Under the pieces are notes generated by a model. That model did no database searches, had not been told where the DNA came from, and saw nothing but the letters and a program-made list of their open reading frames with translations. Shown here in pieces: positions 57,501 through 64,000 of a stretch of DNA of 64,000 nucleotides. Source of the DNA: Ranitomeya imitator (lineage: Eukaryota). Position numbers and translations under genes: made by a program. The stretch lies in NCBI RefSeq assembly GCF_032444005.1, contig NC_091291.1, positions 137,020,001 to 137,084,000 on the forward strand, in the 5' to 3' direction. Position 1 is the stretch's first letter; every line of letters begins with the position of its first letter.

Positions 57501-58647
57501 TATTAGCATGGGAGGTCTGAATACAGTGGAGGACAGGGGCCGCGCATGCTCCATCTGCCGATATTAGCATGGGAGGTCTGAATACAGTGGAGGACAGGGG
57601 CCGCGCATGCTCCATCTGCCGATTATATTAGTATGGGAGGTCTGAACCCAGTGGAGGACAGGGGCTGCGCATGCTCCACCTGCCGATTATATTAGTATGG
57701 GAGGTCTGAACCCAGTGGAGGACAGGGGCCGCGCATGCTCCATCTCCCCACATCCTGGTGCTGTAGGTCTGTACACAGCAGAGGGGCCGCGCATGCTCGA
57801 TCTCCCCACTTATTGGTATGGGGGGGTCTGTATACAGCAGAGTGTGGCCGCGCATGCCCCATCTCCCCATTTCTTGGTATGGGGGGGTCTGTATACAGGA
57901 GATGGGGGTGCGCATGCTCCATCTCCCCACTGTGGACGGGCTGGGCCCCCGATCACTGCCCCGTGGGTCTTACCAGTGCAGCAGGTGGTCACCCTGCTCC
58001 TCACAGAAGGCCCGGAATCCGGGGAAGCTGCGGTAGAAGTCGTACTCATCCCCGCACTGCGGGAGGCCCGTGGAAGCTTTGGTGGCTCGGACGACCGTCC
58101 CCAGGGCATGCTGGAAACAAGCAGAAAAGAGAGAGGTCAGACAGTGGGGTCCTCCACCTACAGGGGCGCTGCGCACACAGCCGATACCTGGCGCTATTCC
58201 TCAGGGGAGGAGTCTGGGACAGATCACCTGATCCTGTGCTCCGCCCCTCTGTACATTATATATCATGTGAGGATCCAAGACCCCGGAGGCACGGGAACCG
58301 CTCAGAAATCTGGGGTAACACAGAGCCGTAACCCATGGCAACGCACCATGATGCCAACCTACAACTCCCAGCATGCCCCGATAGCAGCTGGCTGCACCAT
58401 GGGAACCACAGCTGAGGGATTTCTGCCACTGACTGACCGGGAGTTGTGCTCTGCAGCCGTTAATGCTGCCCCAATTATCCCATGATGCACAGCGGTGTTA
58501 CCGCACGGACCCGTGCTACTCACAGACCTTCACAAACGCATCGGTGTCCGGGAAGCCGGGGATGGGCTCTGGCGGCCGCTCTGCGCCTCCTCCGCTGCCC
58601 CCGGGAGTCGCCATCGCGCTCGGCACGCCTGCAGCGGGCGCAGACAT
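45535..58647 (-). CDS. EXOSC10: Exosome component 10 (Rrp6/PM-Scl100), 25 exons, 887 aa
   Basis: 25 GT-AG exons with consistent phases, summing to 2664 nt. PMC2NT N-terminus, DEDD-y residues ([19 protein letters not shown]), HRDC region, C-terminal GFRHSWPKR*. Confidence 0.97.
45866..45942 (-). CDS. EXOSC10: EXOSC10 exon 24
   Basis: [25 protein letters not shown]; 77 nt. Confidence 0.92.
46027..46091 (-). CDS. EXOSC10: EXOSC10 exon 23
   Basis: [21 protein letters not shown]; 65 nt. Confidence 0.9.
46245..46413 (-). CDS. EXOSC10: EXOSC10 exon 22
   Basis: [17 protein letters not shown]...[15 protein letters not shown]; 169 nt (tandem CAGCAG acceptor). Confidence 0.92.
46454..46887 (+). repeat. 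86-bp minisatellite (~5 units) in EXOSC10 intron 21
   Basis: Unit GATCAGTAATGTAATGTATGTACACAGTGACTGCACCAGCAGAATAGTGAGTGCAGCTCTGGAGTATAATACAGGATGTAACTCAG. Confidence 0.95.
46889..46962 (-). CDS. EXOSC10: EXOSC10 exon 21
   Basis: [24 protein letters not shown]; 74 nt. Confidence 0.9.
47045..47138 (-). CDS. EXOSC10: EXOSC10 exon 20
   Basis: [31 protein letters not shown]; 94 nt; weak donor g|gtgctc. Confidence 0.88.
47212..47286 (-). CDS. EXOSC10: EXOSC10 exon 19
   Basis: [25 protein letters not shown]; 75 nt. Confidence 0.92.
47799..47894 (-). CDS. EXOSC10: EXOSC10 exon 18
   Basis: [32 protein letters not shown]; 96 nt. Confidence 0.92.
48441..48547 (-). CDS. EXOSC10: EXOSC10 exon 17
   Basis: [35 protein letters not shown]; 107 nt. 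Confidence 0.85.
48729..48804 (-). CDS. EXOSC10: EXOSC10 exon 16
   Basis: [25 protein letters not shown]; 76 nt. Confidence 0.92.
48883..48930 (-). CDS. EXOSC10: EXOSC10 exon 15
   Basis: [16 protein letters not shown]; 48 nt. Confidence 0.85.
49450..49860. mobile_element. PIF/Harbinger-type MITE (same family as 37973-38365) in EXOSC10 intron 14
   Basis: TIR GGCTACTTTCACACTAGCG / CGCTAGTGTGAAAGTAGCC; flanks TTA/TTT. Confidence 0.85.
50021..50132 (-). CDS. EXOSC10: EXOSC10 exon 14
   Basis: [37 protein letters not shown]; 112 nt. Confidence 0.95.
50286..50708. mobile_element. Degenerate inverted-repeat element (MITE remnant) in EXOSC10 intron 13
   Basis: ~60-bp arms GCTCA..ACTACAGACAGTGTCAGGTC..TTATACTGAT at 50286-50345 and its reverse complement at 50651-50708. 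Confidence 0.55.
50797..50847 (-). CDS. EXOSC10: EXOSC10 exon 13
   Basis: [16 protein letters not shown]; 51 nt. Confidence 0.94.
50935..51083 (-). CDS. EXOSC10: EXOSC10 exon 12
   Basis: [49 protein letters not shown]; 149 nt. Confidence 0.95.
51129..52026. repeat. ~33-bp minisatellite (~27 units) in EXOSC10 intron 11
   Basis: Unit ATAATACTGC(C/T)CCTATGTACAAGAATATAACTACT. Confidence 0.95.
52045..52201 (-). CDS. EXOSC10: EXOSC10 exon 11
   Basis: [29 protein letters not shown]...KSKDICLK; 157 nt. Confidence 0.96.
52279..52469 (-). CDS. EXOSC10: EXOSC10 exon 10
   Basis: [63 protein letters not shown]; 191 nt. Confidence 0.96.
52502..53221 (-). repeat. 86-bp minisatellite (~8 units) in EXOSC10 intron 9, inverted relative to 46454-46887
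   Basis: Unit ATCCTGTATTATACTCCAGAGCTGCACTCACTATTCTGCTGGTGCAGTCACTGTGTACATACATTACATTACTGATCCTGAGTTAC. Confidence 0.95.
53315..53458 (-). CDS. EXOSC10: EXOSC10 exon 9
   Basis: [48 protein letters not shown]; 144 nt. Confidence 0.96.
53542..53652 (-). CDS. EXOSC10: EXOSC10 exon 8
   Basis: [37 protein letters not shown]; 111 nt. Confidence 0.94.
53940..54015 (-). CDS. EXOSC10: EXOSC10 exon 7
   Basis: [25 protein letters not shown]; 76 nt. Confidence 0.94.
54113..54221 (-). CDS. EXOSC10: EXOSC10 exon 6
   Basis: [35 protein letters not shown]; 109 nt. Confidence 0.93.
54356..55619. mobile_element. Non-autonomous piggyBac-like element in EXOSC10 intron 5
   Basis: TTAA flanks (54352-54355, 55620-55623); TIR CCCCTTCACG / CGTGAAGGGG. 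Confidence 0.82.
55645..55810 (-). CDS. EXOSC10: EXOSC10 exon 5
   Basis: [55 protein letters not shown]; 166 nt. Confidence 0.95.
55921..56025 (-). CDS. EXOSC10: EXOSC10 exon 4
   Basis: [35 protein letters not shown]; 105 nt. Confidence 0.95.
56101..56224 (-). CDS. EXOSC10: EXOSC10 exon 3
   Basis: [41 protein letters not shown]; 124 nt. Confidence 0.95.
56251..57930. repeat. ~62-65-bp CpG-containing minisatellite filling EXOSC10 intron 2
   Basis: Unit AGGACAGGGGCCGCGCATGCTCCATCTGCCGATTATATTAGTATGGGAGGTCTGAATACAGTGG, plus a related ~58-bp variant near both ends. Confidence 0.93.
57974..58110 (-). CDS. EXOSC10: EXOSC10 exon 2
   Basis: [45 protein letters not shown]; 137 nt. Confidence 0.95.
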
Positions 58648-58735
58648 CTTGAAGCCGAGCTGCGGTGACGTCACAGGTGAGACACGACGGAACTCTGGGA
58701 TATGACGTCGTGCGTGAGGCGGCCATGTTTGTGGT
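58328..58735 (-). promoter_or_regulatory. EXOSC10 CpG-rich promoter/first intron with CRE, YY1-like, RFX-like and ZNF143-type motifs
   Basis: TGACGTCA at 58666-58673; GGCCATGTTT ~58722; GTAACCCATGGCAAC 58328-58342; CTACAACTCCCAGCATGC 58359-58376. Motif matches only. Confidence 0.5.
58528..58647 (-). CDS. EXOSC10: EXOSC10 exon 1
   Basis: [10 protein letters not shown]...[13 protein letters not shown]; donor aag|gtctgt. Confidence 0.9.
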
Positions 58736-58891
58736 GGCGCGGGACTGGACGCTTGTATCTGTGGGTGCATGTGAACTGTAGCGAGAGTCACGGCCGGGAA
58801 TCGGGATCATGGAGCGGTCTCCGTATAGGACACGTGTCCGGGGCTGCAACGTGACCCCCAAATATTACATAAATCCGACATGAGCAGCATG

Positions 58892-59715
58892 ACCCCAGGC
58901 CAGCCCCCCCCCATAGGTATACAGACCCAAGCCAGCCCCTCTCCTGTATACAGAACCCCCCATATGTATACAGACCCCTCTCCTGTATACAGCGCCCCCC
59001 CGTAGGTATACAGACTGAAGCCATCCCCTCTCCTGTATACAGAACCCCCCATATGTATACAGACCCAAGGCAGGCCCGCTTTCCTGTATACACCTCTCAT
59101 ATTTATACAGACCCAAGGCCAGCCCTCACTCCTGTATACAGACTCCCCATATGTATATTGCCTCCCTCCTGTATACAGCCCCCTTCATGGTTATACAGAC
59201 ACCACCCCCCACACACACACGTATATACAAACCCCTGGCCAGCCCCCACCACTGTGTATACAGACCTAAGGCCCACCCTCATATGTATAGAGACCCAAGG
59301 ATAGACCCCCCCCCCCCCTGTATACAGACCCCCGGCCATCCCCCACTCCTGTATACAGACACCCTCCCTTCATATGTATACAGACCCAAGGCCAGCCCCC
59401 TCCTGTATACACAGACCCCCAGCCAACTCTTACTCCATGTGTATACAAACCCAAGGCCAGCCCCCCTACTCATGTGTATACAAGTCCCTTATATTTATTC
59501 AGACCCAAGGACAACCCCTCTCCCCTCATGTATATAGACGCCCAGCCAGCCGCCCCCTTCCTGTGTATACAGACCCAAGGCCAGCCATCTTACCATGTGT
59601 ATACAGACTTCCCCCGCCCCCCATGTGTATAGACTCCAGATCAGCCCCTTCATAGATATACAGACCCCCGGGCCAGTACCCACTCCCCCTCAATGTGTAT
59701 CCAGACCCCAGACTA
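58892..59715. repeat. Degenerate minisatellite upstream of EXOSC10
   Basis: Recurring TGTATACAGACCCAAGGCCAGCCCC words of variable spacing. Confidence 0.85.
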
Positions 59716-60236
59716 GGACCCCTCTCACTAGGGATCAGATCCCATCAATATGAGGTCAATGACCAGACTCCCCCACCCCCTCATCTGTACGGTCCAGACT
59801 ACGCATCAAAACAGAACCCTGGCCAGACTCCCTAAAGATGCGGATTACTAATCAGACACCCTTACATACATTCTTAACAAGACCCCAAACCACTACCCCT
59901 CATCTGTAATTAACAAAGACCCCAGACTGGACATCACTCACGATCAATACAAACCAGCCCCCTCTTGGCTATACAGATCCCAGACCACATCCCTCCATGT
60001 CTGTAGAGATCCCCCATGTGTATACGGACCCCTGAGCATTCCCTACCATCAATACATGCACCTTTCCAATGTGCATACAAACCTTAGCACAGAAAGCCCC
60101 CTCTATACTGCTCCCCGTGTATCACCCCATATCTATAACCTCAGAGGACCCCCCTAATCTATACAGACTTGATTCACATCAATAAAGACCCCAGACCAGG
60201 CTCCCCACCAACTAAACAGCAGAGCAAGCCCTCCCA

Positions 60237-62917
60237 TCTACAGAGCTCAGACCAGACCTCCCCTTTATACCCCCACCTATACAGACCAGACCTCCCCTTT
60301 ATACCCCCGCCCCACCTATACAGACCAGACATCCCCTTTATACCCTCACCCCCACCTATACAGATGAGATGTACACTTTATACAGACCAGACCTCCCCTT
60401 TATACCCCTGCCCCCACCTATACAGACCAGACCTCCCCTTTATACCCCCCGTCCCCCCTTTTACAGTCCAGACCTCCCCTATATAGCCCTCCACCTATAC
60501 AAGCCAGACATCCCATTTACCTCCCACCTATAGACCAGATGTCCCCTTTAAACCTCCCATTTACCCCCCACCTATACAGAGCAGACCTCCCCTTTATTCC
60601 CTCCACCTATACAGATCAGACCTCCCCTTTATACCCCCACCTATACAGAGCAGATCTCCCCTTTATACCCCCACCTATACAGAGCAGATCTCCCCTTTTT
60701 CCCCCACTTATAGATCAGACCTCCCCTTTATTCCCCCCACCTATACAGAGCAGACCTCCCCTTTATTCCCCCCTCCTATACAGAGCAGACCTCCCCTTTA
60801 TTCCCCCCCTCCTATACAGAGCAGACCTCCCCTTTATTCCCCCTTCTATACAGAGCAGACCTCCCCTTTATACCCCCCACCTATAGAGATCTCCCCTTTA
60901 AACCCCCACCTATACAGAGCAGACCTCCCCTTTATCCCTCCCTCCTATACAGAGCAGACCTCCCCTTTATTCCCCCCACCTATACAGAGCAGACCTCCCC
61001 TTTATACCGCCCTCCTATACAGAGCAGACCTTCCCTTTATCCCCCCACCTATAGAGCAGACCTCCCCTTTATGCCCCCCACCTATACAGAGCAGACCTCC
61101 CCTTTATACCCCCCACCTATAGAGATCTCCCCTTTAAACCCCCACCTATACAGAGCAGACCTCCCCTTTATCCCTCCCTCCTATACAGAGCAGACCTCCC
61201 CTTTATACCCCCACCTATACAGAGCAGACCTCCCCTTTATTCCCCCCACCTATACAGAGCAGACCTCCCCTTTATACCCCCACCTATACAGAGCAGATCT
61301 CCCCTTTTTCCCCCACTTATAGATCAGATCTCCCCTTTATTCCCCCCACCTATACAGAGCAGACCCCCCTTTATTCCCCCCTCCTATAGAGACCTTCCCT
61401 TTATACCCCCACCTATACAGGGCAGACCTCCCCTTTATCCCTCCCTCCTATACAGAGCAGATCTCCCCTTTATACCCCCACCTATACAGAGCAGACCTCC
61501 CCTTTATTCCGCCCACCTATACAGAGCAGACCTCCCCTTTATACCCCCCTCCTATACAGAGCAGACCTTCCCTTTATCCCCCCCACCTATAGAGCAGACC
61601 TCCCCTTTATACCCACCTATACAGAGCAGACCTCCCCTTTATACCCCCCACCTATACAGAGCAGACCTCCCCTTTATACCCCCCACCTATAGAGATCTTC
61701 CCTTTAAACCCCCACCTATACAGAGCAGACCTCCCCTTTATCCCTCCCTCCTATACAGAGCAGACCTCCCCTTTATACCCCCACCTATACAGAGCAGACC
61801 TCCCCTTTATACCCCCACATATACAGAGCAGACCTCCCCTTTATTCCCCTCACCTATACAGAGCAGACCTCCCCTTTATACCCCCACCTATACAGAGCAG
61901 ATCTTCCCTTTTTCCCCCACTTATAGATCAGATCTCCCCTTTATTCCCCCCACCTATACAGAGCAGACCCCCCTTTATTCCCCCCTCCTAGAGACCTTCC
62001 CTTTATACCCCCACCTATACAGGGCAGATCTCCCCTTTTTCCCCCACTTATAGATCAGATCTCCCCTTTATTCCCCCCACCTATACAGAGCAGACCCCCC
62101 TTTATTCCCCCCTCCTAGAGACCTTCCCTTTATACCCCCACCTATACAGAGCAGATCTCCCCTTTTTCCCCCACTTATAGATCAGATCTCCCCTTTATTC
62201 CCCCCACCTATACAGAGCAGACCCCCCTTTATTCCCCCCTCCTAGAGACCTTCCCTTTATACCCCCACCTATACAGGGCAGATCTCCCCTTTTTCCCCCA
62301 CTTATAGATCAGATCTCCCCTTTATTCCCCCCACCTATACAGAGCAGACCCCCCTTTATTCCCCCCTCCTATAGAGACCTTCCCTTTATACCCCCACCTA
62401 TACAGGGCAGATCTCCCCTTTTTCCCCCACTTATAGATCAGACCTTCCCTTTATACCCCCACCTATACAGAGCAGACCTCCCCCCTTTATTCCCCCCTCC
62501 TATACAGAGCAGACCTCCCCTTTATTCCCCCCTCCTATACAGAGCAGACCTCCTTTATTCCCCCCTCCTATACAGAGCAGACCTTCCCTTTATCCCCCCC
62601 ACCTATAGAGCAGACCTCCCCTTTATACCCCCCACCTATACAGAGCAGACCCCCCTTTTTACCCCCCCTATACAGAGCAGACCTCCCCTTTATTCCCCCC
62701 CTCCTATACAGAGCAGACCTCCCCTTTATCCCCCCCTCCTATACAGAGCAGACCTCCCCTTTATCCCTCCCTCCTATACAGAGCAGACCTCCCCTTTATC
62801 CCTCCCTCCTATACAGAGCAGACCTCCCCTTTATACCCCCCCCCACCTATACAGAGCAGACCTCCCCTTTATCCCTGCCCCCTCCTATACAGAGCAGACC
62901 TCCCCTTTATTCCCCCC
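60237..62917. repeat. ~33-35-bp C-rich/G-rich minisatellite (~2.7 kb)
   Basis: Unit CCTATACAGAGCAGACCTCCCCTTTAT(A/T)CCCCC(C)A. Confidence 0.95.
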
Positions 62918-63642
62918 TGTGGTGAAATATGTGTGTATATATATATATGTGTGTAGGGACATATGTCTAGGGTGTGACTAGTGATAATGTAACATCTGTC
63001 CTGAAGGCAAGTTGCACCTAGGTGTTAATAGGTACTTCCTTGGGAATAGTAGAAATTCTGTCTCCATATCTAACCAGGAGGTCTAGCTAGGGCCGAGAAG
63101 AAAAGCAACATTTGGCACCTTCCAGGTCTTGGAGGGGAGACACTAATTGCGACCTGAGGGTTAGCTATCCCTGTGAACCACCTCACAAGTGTCCCCAGAG
63201 GAAAATAATATATTCATTAGTAGAGTGACCGTGCCCAATCACACAGACTGCAATTATATTAACCTGGGAGGCCGGTCTAGAAACCTGACCTCAGACCAAA
63301 GTTATAAATTTAGGCTGCAGACAGAATTGTGTTCACATGTGAGGGCGGCCTGAGACGCTGATGTGTTCCACTAACTCCATTCACCCCCCCTCAGGGAGCA
63401 GAAAGCAGACTACCAGTTTGATGATTTCTGTAAGTTTTCTCCTGTTTATTTTGACTGTTTTGCATAAGTTGTATGTCTTTTTATTATCATATTTTTATAC
63501 CTTTTTCTTATTGTAAGCATTGAACTTTTTGCTATTAAAAGTATAAAACTAACAAGTTGAACCTTGAATGTTCTAAAAGAATCCATAGCCTAAAGATGTG
63601 TGAGCTTATGAGTGATAGACATATTTTTATTAGTATTATTGT
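62918..63642 (+). mobile_element. Possible LTR fragment truncated by CR1
   Basis: Abrupt TGT start at the end of the minisatellite and AT-rich 3' part with ATTAAA; no partner LTR, CA end or TSD visible. Confidence 0.3.
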
Positions 63643-64000
63643 CAAGAAGAGGTGCGAAACCGGCTAAATAAGATTAAAATAGATAAATCTCCGGGTCCGG
63701 ATGGCATACACCCACGAGTACTAAGAGAACTAAGTAATGTAATAGATAAACCATTATTTCTTATTTTTAGGGACTCTATAGCGACAGGGTCTGTTCCGCA
63801 GGACTGGCGCATAGCAAATGTGGTGCCAATATTCAAAAAGGGCTCTAAAAGTGAACCTGGAAATTATAGGCCAGTAAGTCTAACCTCTATTGTTGGTAAA
63901 ATATTTGAAGGGTTTCTGAGGGATGTTATTCTGGATTATCTCAATGAGAATAACTGTTTAACTCCATATCAGCATGGGTTTATGAGAAATCGCTCCTGTC
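63643..64000 (+). mobile_element. 5'-truncated CR1 LINE (same subfamily), runs off the window
   Basis: CAAGAAGAGGTGCGAAACCGG... is near-identical to the reverse complement of ~18470-18825 (QEEVRNRLNKIKIDKSPGPD..., YRPVSL). Confidence 0.93.

Noticed and set aside
46388-57930. Regularly spaced repeats resembling CRISPR arrays, and their repetitive ORFs ([17 protein letters not shown]..., [12 protein letters not shown]...)
   Set aside because: Head-to-tail tandem units without unique spacers, no cas genes, eukaryotic intronic context: ordinary minisatellites.
58648-58791. Upstream in-frame extension of EXOSC10 suggested by ORF 58516..58791
   Set aside because: Starts at a non-ATG codon in the ORF track and runs through promoter motifs (CRE, YY1-like); the ATG at 58647 gives a protein of expected length.
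58700-64000. Expected 3' exons of MTOR upstream of EXOSC10
   Set aside because: Region is minisatellite, a possible LTR fragment and CR1; no FATC/kinase-like exon seen.

Overview
Vertebrate (anuran frog-like) genomic DNA with three intact minus-strand genes. (1) A two-exon prepro-somatostatin-2/cortistatin gene (CDS 15027-14923 + 6340-6143, 100 aa). It is absent from the supplied ORF track and ends in an unusual mature peptide, [14 protein letters not shown] ([Pro2,Tyr7,Leu13]-somatostatin-14). (2) Spermidine synthase SRM (8 exons, 290 aa), whose 20.5-kb first intron is mostly a ~16-kb modular polypurine array. (3) The nuclear exosome 3'-5' exonuclease EXOSC10/Rrp6 (25 exons, 887 aa), several introns of which are filled by unrelated minisatellites. 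Two of these are inverted copies of one 86-bp family flanking exons 10-21 in back-splicing geometry. The rest is transposon-derived: a Tc1 DD34E transposase split by a CR1, two more young CR1 copies, a near-intact L2 with a 2A-like motif, two V-SINEs, hAT/Harbinger/Kolobok(T2)/piggyBac-type non-autonomous elements, and a degenerate hammerhead-ribozyme-like motif. All calls were made by manual reading and translation. Family and orthology names rest on recalled reference sequences and were not checked by database search.
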